From an uncultured Acidobacteriota bacterium (lineage in GTDB: Bacteria > Acidobacteriota > Terriglobia > UBA7540): a stretch of DNA of 64,000 nucleotides. Every line of letters starts with the position of its first letter. The stretch's first letter is position 1. Under the pieces are notes generated by a model. It made no database searches, was not told the DNA's origin, and saw only the letters and a program-made list of their open reading frames with translations. The DNA lies in contig CAWDSK010000003.1 in the NCBI GenBank assembly GCA_963804995.1, forward strand, positions 416,001 through 480,000, read 5' to 3'. The translations under genes were made by a program, and so were the position numbers. Shown piece after piece: positions 56,462 through 64,000 of the stretch.

Positions 56462-58279
56462 TCATTGAGGCTGCGCAGGAGGCTCTGGGCGGATCTCCGG
56501 AGTTTGAAAGATTTCCGGCGAGGTCGGCCCGGCAGAGCCTACTGCTCCTACGGGAAGGTTAGTGCCAGTCACGATGGCAGGTTCGGGAAGGCGGATGACC
56601 CGCGGGGTCAGCATGACCAGCACCTCTACGTCATTCACCTCTTTATTTTCCTGAGAGAAAAGGTAGCGCAGCCCTGGAATGTCGCCCAACCCCGGAATCC
56701 CTTGAACTGCATTAGTCAAGGTTCGTTGAATCAAACCACCCAAGAGATTCACTTCTCCTTCCTGCAAGCGGAAGTTGTCCTCAATAACGCGCTGACCGAA
56801 TGTAGGCTCACTGACCCCACCGACGGTAAGGGACGCCCCCAGGGAGGAAATCTCAATCTTGGCGTGGACGGCAACCTCTCCGTTTGCGAGTAAGTGCGGG
56901 GTCAGTTCCAGATTCACACCCACATCCTGAAACTGAAACTGCGTACTGGCTAGCAAACCAACACTTCCTGTCGAACCGGTGGTCCCCCCCAGCGAGGGTA
57001 GAAAACTGCCGGTAGCATAAGGGACCCGGCTGCCGATTTTCAACTTGGCGACTTGGCCGTCTGTAACCCGGATTTGAGGGCTCTGCAGAATGTGAGTTTT
57101 GTTATCGTTCAGGACAGCCGCGGCAGTTGCGCCAGGAAGAACCACGGCAATGTTCTTATAGGTCAAGGCATTGAGAAAAGTACCCCCGGCGCTGGCTACT
57201 GCAGTGGAGGAGGTAGAAGTAGAGCTTGAGACAGGCGGGATCAAAGCCGCCTCCGCCGCGAGTCCCGGCGTAATCGACCCACTGGAGCTTACGGTGCCCA
57301 GCGAAAGGCCCAGATTGCGAATTCGGTCGCGGTCGGCTTCTACGATATCGACATCAAGCAAGATTTCCGCTTTGGATCGATCCAACTCCCGCACGAGCTG
57401 CTCGGCTGCCGCCACTTTGGCGGGAGTATCGCGGATAATGATCGCGTTGGAGTCAGGGTTATCGATAATCCGCTGCATATTCAGCACTTGCTTGAGGGCC
57501 GTGGTGATGGCTGTGCGGTCGGCGGGGGTGAGGGGATTCGAGAGATAGATCGTCCTGACCACCTCCTCATCGTAATCCCGTCGATCATTGGGGGTGTCGG
57601 GAATTACCAAGATTGTATTGGAGGTGACCGGCCTCCAAAAGGTCTTGGTCTGGAGGGCGACTATCTTCAGCGCATCCTCGATCTTGATGTTTACAAGGTC
57701 AAGGTTGAGCGGACCTGGTCGAAAGTCAGATGTGAAAGCGACATTCAAGCCCGCCAGCTTGCCCAGAGTCTGGTAAATCATGCGGCTGTCAGCATTGAGA
57801 CGAATATGGGAATTTATTTCAGTGGGAAAGGGTTGAAGCTTGACGGCGGCTGGTTGCCCCGACTCGTCGCGAGCCTTAAGAGCGTTTCGAATAGCGGTTT
57901 CGCGCGCCCCTTTTTCCTCGGCCTGCTTGGTCAGAATCCGGGAAAGCTCCTGAGCGGCCGCCTCATTACTCGGATCTATGCTCGTGGCCTTCTTGAACTC
58001 TCCGGCAGCGTCCTCCATCCGGCCATCTTTAAGTAATCGCTGACCATTTTTGACGTGGAACATGGCTGCCTGGGTGCGAGCTTGTTTCTCGTGAAGAAGA
58101 AACATGGAATTGGCAGGGTCGGTCTGCACGGCTTTCTCGTAATTAACGAGGGCTGTGTCCCAATCCTTCCGGGCTTCCGCCTTGCGGCCTTCGTTAAAGG
58201 GAGAACTTCCGCCACCGCAGCCTAAGCACCCAATGAGCGCCGCCACCACGCCTGCTAATCGGAGTCTTTTCCCGAGCAT
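56462..58279 (-). CDS. Secretin (GspD/PilQ family) with N-terminal TPR region and lipobox-like signal
   Basis: TPR helices, N-domain SNAIIIRDT, KIGSRVP, DVGVNLELTP, GIPGLGDIPGLRYLFS. Confidence 0.92.
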   Translation of the reverse strand: MLGKRLRLAGVVAALIGCLGCGGGSSPFNEGRKAEARKDWDTALVNYEKAVQTDPANSMFLLHEKQARTQAAMFHVKNGQRLLKDGRMEDAAGEFKKATSIDPSNEAAAQELSRILTKQAEEKGARETAIRNALKARDESGQPAAVKLQPFPTEINSHIRLNADSRMIYQTLGKLAGLNVAFTSDFRPGPLNLDLVNIKIEDALKIVALQTKTFWRPVTSNTILVIPDTPNDRRDYDEEVVRTIYLSNPLTPADRTAITTALKQVLNMQRIIDNPDSNAIIIRDTPAKVAAAEQLVRELDRSKAEILLDVDIVEADRDRIRNLGLSLGTVSSSGSITPGLAAEAALIPPVSSSTSTSSTAVASAGGTFLNALTYKNIAVVLPGATAAAVLNDNKTHILQSPQIRVTDGQVAKLKIGSRVPYATGSFLPSLGGTTGSTGSVGLLASTQFQFQDVGVNLELTPHLLANGEVAVHAKIEISSLGASLTVGGVSEPTFGQRVIEDNFRLQEGEVNLLGGLIQRTLTNAVQGIPGLGDIPGLRYLFSQENKEVNDVEVLVMLTPRVIRLPEPAIVTGTNLPVGAVGSAGPTSPEIFQTPEIRPEPPAQPQ

Positions 58280-58300
58280 GCCTGTCTCCTGCGGCCGGTA

Positions 58301-60685
58301 TTAGAATGGATCGTGGGGATTATCGGCCATTGCCAGATGTAATTGTAAGTCATACCCGGCGAACCCCGACAACTCGAAAAGGGTTACACCCAGGTCTGTG
58401 AGCCCTGCCCCCCGGGGCGTGCCCATTGCTTGGAAAGCCTGTGGGTCTGACACGCTGGTGTGGTGTCCCGTGTTAGAGTTGACAATGGGTAGAACCCCCT
58501 CACCCCCACGACAAGCAGAACGTGGGGCCCCCTTCTGGCATCGGCTGATGAGAACGCCTCGGCCAGCCACCCTCTCCCCCAAAGGGGCGAGGGCAAGAGA
58601 ATTAACTCTCCCCTCGCCCCTTTGGGGGAGAGGGGCTGGGGGGTGAGGGGGTCGGACAGCCTTGTCAAATACTAACCGGGACACCACACTAGGTTGCTGA
58701 TTTCTCATAGCCAATTTCTTGGATGCGGGCTTTTCCCTGGAGTCTGTCTGCCCGGAAAGTAAGCCTTCATTTCCTGGAGGCGCCCGAACGGCTAATACCA
58801 GTCCAGCCTCAACACTTACGGCCATGTATCGGTCTGCGAATCTTTCACCCTGCTTCACCAAGTATACCTCGGAACCGCCAGCCACGATGGCTTCGATTTC
58901 TCCGTTTGAGGTCTCAATTGAGCCAAGCGTTTGGAAAATAAGGGTGGCCGCCTCCGGCGAGGGCTTTTCCGCCGCCCTAGATTTCATTTGAAGGTGGCCA
59001 GTTCCAACTCCATGCCCTGGCGGCGAACCACGACTCTTGGCTGGAGCAGCGAGGGGATTTGCCTCAAGAGCTAACCGCGTGACGGGAACCTCGGCGTTGC
59101 CGGCGTTCTCCCGTTCGGTTCCAAGGCCAAGCGCGTCCATATCGGGCGGAGAGGGACCGGTACTAAAGTCGAAAGAAAGTAGATCCGGCATCGGAAGTAT
59201 GAGCGGAATTGAGGTAACAAGCCCTTGGGGAGAAGACACTTCGGCCACTTCTACGGCCTCATGCGAAACCCGCACCGCCCGAAATCTTTCCCCGAACGTT
59301 TCCCCTTGTCGTACCACGAACACATCATCGTCTTTTGAAACCACTGCATCGAGCTCGCCGTCCGCCCTTTCAATGAAGCCAAGCGGTTTCAACGTGGTAG
59401 TGGTGGGCGCCGGTGAAAAGCTGGGCGTCTCAGGGGACTCCACCTCAGAGATCCGAACAGGATTGGTCCCCGTTCGGACTTGATTCATCCACAGATTTGG
59501 AGAAGGCGCAGCCAGGACTTGCTCGGAGGGGTCTAACAAACTCCGCGCCGTCGGTCCCGAAACCGTGGCAGGCTGCTCTCTTACCCCCGGTTGAGCCGGT
59601 ATCTCGGAAACCTGTGTCGGCGTCTCCGCCGGAGGCCCGCTTGCGACTTCATTTTCTGCGACCCGTTCCTCCGGGATTGGCGGAGGGGTAACCGAACCCT
59701 TGGCCATCAAACGAACCATCGGGACAGAAGCCGGGGCAGGGTTGTGAACGGTAACTGCTTCCTGCGCTTGAGGTACCAACCGTACGGTACCCCCATCTGC
59801 CACCACAGTATCCACATGACCGTTGGCTTTCTCGACATAGCCGAGCGGTTGCTCAGCCAGGGCGCTCGATGGCGCCGCAGCTTTTGCCTTCGACCCTTCT
59901 CGGGGAGTGCCCGAAGCGACTACCTGCCGCCGAGAAATCGCCCCAGGGGCGGGGGTGGCGGAGGGGCCTTTCACCGAAGCCGGTGACTTCAGGGCTACCG
60001 GTCCGTCCGGGATTGACGAGGGCCTCACTAAGTCTGCGCGTAACACTATGGAATCACTGCCCCTATTTTCGAGTGGAGCGGGTGGCGCCGGCATGTCTTC
60101 CACGGCCTCGACCGAGTCGGGAGATATCTTGAGGACCCGGTACTTGTCGGCGAATCGCTCCCCTATGTGAACGACGTAGACCTGGCTATCTTGCAAAATA
60201 ATTGCTTCGACTTGTCCCCCGGGCTTTTCAACGTAGCCGATTGGTGTGAACGTGCTCGGAACAGGTGGGGCCGGGGGAACATCTACCGACGCAACCGCTT
60301 TCGGTACAAGAGGTTCGTTGACCCTACTCGTCTCCAACTCAGGGGGCGGTAGCTGTCGCTCCCGCGCCACATGTGTCGCCAAGGCGCGGGGAGAGAGGTC
60401 GGAATTGGCCCGCACGCTTCCCAAAGTGGGGACATGCCGTGGCGGCCGAGTAAGCCCGGAAGTCATCGGACCGTGTGGTGTGGGCGTGTTCTGAGCAGTC
60501 GCCGTTACACCGCGAGGATGCAACAACTCGGAGGTCCGTGATCTTTCCGCTGGGTTGGCGTGGACTCTCTCCGGATGATGTGTTGTAGATTCTCGGAATT
60601 GCTGCCAAAGCTTGGGGAGAGGAAGCAGGCAAACTCCCACGGCGACACCGCACGCGAAACTGACGAGTTGCCCCCTGATTCTCAC
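58301..60685 (-). CDS. Large Pro-rich membrane-anchored protein with four PilP/GspC-like repeated domains
   Basis: Repeated P(I/L)GYVE..G.VEA.V....VYVV..GE.F..RY motif; first gene of the T2SS/T4P cluster. Confidence 0.7.
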   Translation of the reverse strand: MRIRGQLVSFACGVAVGVCLLPLPKLWQQFRESTTHHPERVHANPAERSRTSELLHPRGVTATAQNTPTPHGPMTSGLTRPPRHVPTLGSVRANSDLSPRALATHVARERQLPPPELETSRVNEPLVPKAVASVDVPPAPPVPSTFTPIGYVEKPGGQVEAIILQDSQVYVVHIGERFADKYRVLKISPDSVEAVEDMPAPPAPLENRGSDSIVLRADLVRPSSIPDGPVALKSPASVKGPSATPAPGAISRRQVVASGTPREGSKAKAAAPSSALAEQPLGYVEKANGHVDTVVADGGTVRLVPQAQEAVTVHNPAPASVPMVRLMAKGSVTPPPIPEERVAENEVASGPPAETPTQVSEIPAQPGVREQPATVSGPTARSLLDPSEQVLAAPSPNLWMNQVRTGTNPVRISEVESPETPSFSPAPTTTTLKPLGFIERADGELDAVVSKDDDVFVVRQGETFGERFRAVRVSHEAVEVAEVSSPQGLVTSIPLILPMPDLLSFDFSTGPSPPDMDALGLGTERENAGNAEVPVTRLALEANPLAAPAKSRGSPPGHGVGTGHLQMKSRAAEKPSPEAATLIFQTLGSIETSNGEIEAIVAGGSEVYLVKQGERFADRYMAVSVEAGLVLAVRAPPGNEGLLSGQTDSREKPASKKLAMRNQQPSVVSRLVFDKAVRPPHPPAPLPQRGEGRVNSLALAPLGERVAGRGVLISRCQKGAPRSACRGGEGVLPIVNSNTGHHTSVSDPQAFQAMGTPRGAGLTDLGVTLFELSGFAGYDLQLHLAMADNPHDPF
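58455..58692. mobile_element. CTAG-type MITE inserted in frame inside a CDS
   Basis: CTGGTGTGGTGTCCCG..CGGGACACCACACTAG, REP core shared with 46419-46645. Confidence 0.75.
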
Positions 60686-61048
60686 TGGCGACCTGTCGCT
60701 TTAGTGGAGTTGCCTGGGTCCGGCTGCCTGGTCCCCTTCACTGCAGGTCGGCGTATCCGCCGCAACCTCGGCCGCTCGGTTCAGAGTCTCTGCCATCATT
60801 ATCTTAAGTCGATATCTGCTCCCTTATCATACCAAGGGCTGAGGAAAAATCAATCGGCTAAAGCGGTTGTGTTCAGTTTGCTCTAGCGGCGCTCGCTACT
60901 TGCCGGAACTCATTGAAGGACCAGCATTCATAGACGGCTGCAAAAGAATCAAACTGAGATACTACCCCCCAAACATCCTTTTCCGGATGCGTCGCTCGCC
61001 GCTGCTGGTAGAATAGGCAGCACGACTACCTATAGAGAGGAGTTAGTC

Positions 61049-61231
61049 ATGGCCAAAGTGCTGCGTTGCGGTGACCTCGGAACGAATTGCCCCAAGGAGA
61101 TTCGCGCTGAAACTGAAGAGGAACTTTTGAAGCTTGCCGCCGAGCACGCGGAGAAAGATCACGGCATCTCGGCCGCCAATATTCCGCCTTCCATCCTGGC
61201 GATGGTCAAAGCTGCTATCAAAGATGAATGA
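61049..61231 (+). CDS. DUF1059 family small metal-binding protein
   Basis: LRCGDLG.NC..EIRAETEEELL..AAEHA..DHG; GAGGAG RBS. Confidence 0.85.
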   Translation: MAKVLRCGDLGTNCPKEIRAETEEELLKLAAEHAEKDHGISAANIPPSILAMVKAAIKDE

Positions 61232-61499
61232 TGACTTGCCTATGGTGGCCGCCCAAGACCTGACGATTCTTGACCTCTGCTGCTAAGCCATTTGCCAAAT
61301 CTTGAAGCCACCATCCCAGGCGATCGCGCGGCTTGAGTTCCCTTCTGACATCCACACGCGGGGTTCATGCTTCATCGCAGGCCTGGGTTGAGTTGGTTCG
61401 GTCCGGGCAAACCGGTCCGTCGCATGGATGAAATCCCTTGGCGCCCTGCTCGACTCAAGATAGAATCTCAAACTAATTACAGACTTGGAATCGATCCGC

Positions 61500-63110
61500 A
61501 TGAGCACCTGGGTTCTCACAGCACTCTGGCTGGAAACCAGCACGCTGGCCGACATCGTGCATAATTTCCAGCTTACGGCCAAACAAGACGACCTGCTTCC
61601 GCTCTCCATCATTTTCCTGGGAACCGCAGCCGTGCTGGCCATGTTGGTGCGCCGCCAGAGAGCCCATATCCGGGTTGCGGTGCTGATGTTCGGCCTCGCG
61701 CTTTTCCTGGCATGCTTTTCGGTTGTCCCGGCGGCCTTCGGGTGGTCATCGGCCGCGCGCGCGCTTCATGCCGCGGGACTTTTGTTGGCTGGCTTTGCAG
61801 GGGTGAAACTCGCCAGCATTATCGTGTTCGATGTGCTTTTGTACTTCACTCCCTTCTCCCCGCCCCAAGTGCTGCGCGACCTCCTTGTAGCGGCAGGATA
61901 CGGGGGATTAGCCCTTTGGTTGCTTTCGCGTTGGGGATTCTCAGTCACTAGCCTGGTGGCCACCTCTGCGGTCGTGACCGGTGTGGTTGTCTTTTCCTTG
62001 CAAGACAGCCTCTCCAACATTCTGGGTGGACTGGTCCTGCAGATTGATGAAAGCTTCTCAGTTGGCGATTGGGTCAAGATCGATCAGACCTCCGGCCTAG
62101 TAAGAGAAATTACCTGGCGCCACGTTGCCATCGAGACGCGCAACTGGGATACGGTGATTATTCCCAACAGCGTCCTGATCAAGTCGCAGGTATTGATACA
62201 GGGGCGGCGCTCCGGAGAGCCAACCCAGGAGCGCCGCTGGATTTATTTCAACGTGGATTTCCGCGTTCCACCCACCGAGGTCATTCGCGTCGTGACCGAC
62301 GCGCTGGTAGCCGAGCCCGTGGAAGGGTCCGCGCTGGAACCCCCGCCCAATTGCATCCTGATGGACTTCAAAGAAAGCTACTGCCAATACGCGGCTCGCT
62401 ATTGGCTGACCAACTTGGCGAAAGACGACCCAACGGATTCGCTGGTGCGCAGCCGGATTTACTTCGCCCTGGAGCGCGCAGGTATCTCGCTCTCTGTTCC
62501 CGCTTACACAACCTTTGTCGAACAGCGGGACGTTGAGCGCGAGAGGCTGCACCACGAGCATGAGATCTCACAGCGAATAAGCGCTCTCGACCTGGCTCGC
62601 GTGGAGCTCTTCCGCGAAATGAACGATGAGGAGCGGCGCAAGCTGGCGGAGCGTCTGCGCTATGCCCCCTTTATGAAGGGGGAATTGATGACACGGCAAG
62701 GCGCGGAAGCTCATTGGCTGTACCTCCTGACCCGAGGGTCGGCGGAAGTGATCGTCTCGACCGACAGCGGCGTGCACAAGCGGGTCAACATCCTGAAGGC
62801 TGGCGACTTCTTTGGCGAGATGTCGCTGCTCACCGGCGAACCTCGCAGCGCATCATTGAAGGCGCTCGAAGATTCCGAGTGCTATCGCTTGGATCGGCAG
62901 GCGTTTGAGGATATCTTGCACGGCCGCCCTGAAATCGCCAATTACCTTTCGGAACTTCTGGCACGCCGGAAAGTGGAAATCGAAACCGTCCGCCAGGATT
63001 TGGATGCTGAAGCGCGAGCCAACATGATGCAGCATCAGCAGAAGAGTATCTTTAATAGCATTCACAAACTTTTCGGACTCGGCAGCACGACTCCGAAACC
63101 AGCGGAGTGA
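61500..63110 (+). CDS. MscS-family mechanosensitive channel with C-terminal cNMP-binding domain
   Basis: LQDSLSNILGG, GDWV, IPNS; GDFFGEMSLLTGEPRSA. Confidence 0.9.
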   Translation: MSTWVLTALWLETSTLADIVHNFQLTAKQDDLLPLSIIFLGTAAVLAMLVRRQRAHIRVAVLMFGLALFLACFSVVPAAFGWSSAARALHAAGLLLAGFAGVKLASIIVFDVLLYFTPFSPPQVLRDLLVAAGYGGLALWLLSRWGFSVTSLVATSAVVTGVVVFSLQDSLSNILGGLVLQIDESFSVGDWVKIDQTSGLVREITWRHVAIETRNWDTVIIPNSVLIKSQVLIQGRRSGEPTQERRWIYFNVDFRVPPTEVIRVVTDALVAEPVEGSALEPPPNCILMDFKESYCQYAARYWLTNLAKDDPTDSLVRSRIYFALERAGISLSVPAYTTFVEQRDVERERLHHEHEISQRISALDLARVELFREMNDEERRKLAERLRYAPFMKGELMTRQGAEAHWLYLLTRGSAEVIVSTDSGVHKRVNILKAGDFFGEMSLLTGEPRSASLKALEDSECYRLDRQAFEDILHGRPEIANYLSELLARRKVEIETVRQDLDAEARANMMQHQQKSIFNSIHKLFGLGSTTPKPAE

Positions 63111-63236
63111 ACACCGCTCACATTCCAAGCGACAAGTCTCGGACCTGCCTGCCGACACCTAACAGTGAACCCTGTCTCTTTCTCAATGGAGCGGAGGGGG
63201 AGAATTGGATTTACAACCCTCGCCCTCGTGCTTAAC

Positions 63237-63348
63237 GCAGCGGAACCGCACGTAAAAAGCCATAGGAAGAAAACGCATGAGGTTGGGAAATTTGGTGGGA
63301 CCTCGCTCGCTATGCCCCGCGGAGAGCAACATGTGGGACAGTCCCACT
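63237..63348. repeat. Second copy of the conserved non-coding element (see 39495-39606)
   Basis: Direct sequence comparison. Confidence 0.75.
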
Positions 63349-63486
63349 TCTTTACAAACAGTCGCGGGCCTGCATAAGTAGAGTGGGACAACCGGCGATG
63401 CTCGGCCCAACCCTCGCCCCCAAAGAGGGTCGCTCTGAAACAAATGAGAAGCTTTTTGGTCCGGCTGGTGGGGGGAGCTTCGAGGA

Positions 63487-63930
63487 CTATTCCTGGCAGC
63501 GGTCGCAGAGGCCGCCCGCTTCCACTCGCACCACTTTGATGCGGAACTGCTGCTCGCGCTCAATCTGGCCCTTCAGTTTTTCAAACAGCGAGCTTTCAAA
63601 CTCCAGAATGCGTCCGCATTTCAGACAGGCCAGGTGAATGTGGTCGCGGGTGGTTTTGGCTTCGTAGTAATGCTTGCCGCCCTCCAGGTGCATCAGGTCC
63701 AGCTCATCCACCAGGCCGTGTTTCTTCAGCATCGCCAGGGTTCGATAGACCGTGACTTTGTTGAGCGTGGAATCTTGTTGCTTGGCGCGTTGCCACAGCC
63801 CCACCGCATCCAGATGACCGTCCGCGCTCTGGATGATCTCGACCAGCAGGCGGCGCTGACGCGTCATTCGTACGCCGCGTGAAACCAATTCCTGTTCGAG
63901 CGGGCGACGCGAAACACGTGTTTCTTCCAT
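63487..63930 (-). CDS. Fur family transcriptional regulator
   Basis: RMTRQR, HLDA, TVYRTL, HIHLACLKCG, CDRC. Confidence 0.92.
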   Translation of the reverse strand: MEETRVSRRPLEQELVSRGVRMTRQRRLLVEIIQSADGHLDAVGLWQRAKQQDSTLNKVTVYRTLAMLKKHGLVDELDLMHLEGGKHYYEAKTTRDHIHLACLKCGRILEFESSLFEKLKGQIEREQQFRIKVVRVEAGGLCDRCQE

Positions 63931-64000
63931 ACTTTCCTCGCTGCCCTGAAGTCCTGGCTTTCTCCTTCTAGTTTGGCTTTCGGATTCGAGCCTGTCAACG

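Noticed and set aside
1..64000. tRNA, rRNA, transposase, integrase or prophage genes
   Set aside because: None recognised by eye; the hairpin-rich spacers are explained by REP/MITE families. tRNAscan and Infernal were not run.

Overview
GC-rich bacterial chromosomal window, probably Acidobacteriota (Terriglobia-like; inferred from gene repertoire and repeat types, not proven). From left to right it contains: the end of a MacB/FtsX-type ABC system whose ATPase is fused to a DtxR-type metal-binding domain; TonB; a candidate prenyl-alcohol salvage operon (UbiA-family prenyltransferase, farnesol-dehydrogenase-like SDR, fused phytol-kinase/DUF92 protein); coaD, an aminotransferase and nucleotide-sugar genes (manA, manC, manB, ugd, uxs); a complete NHLM-type peptide export cassette (TolC, HlyD, C39-peptidase ABC, second ABC, cNMP-binding protein); HtrA; a uronic-acid polysaccharide region; two toxin-antitoxin pairs; a T2SS/type IV pilus cluster; MscS-cNMP and Fur. 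The best candidate for a new system is an unannotated 42-aa double-glycine precursor (26956-27084) at the head of the export cassette. Its predicted core is only four residues (IKFF), and no maturation enzyme is present in the window. Intergenic DNA is full of MITE/REP elements, some nested with clear target-site duplications and one inserted in frame inside a gene. Five single-base frameshifts look like assembly errors. No tRNA, rRNA, CRISPR array or transposase was recognised.
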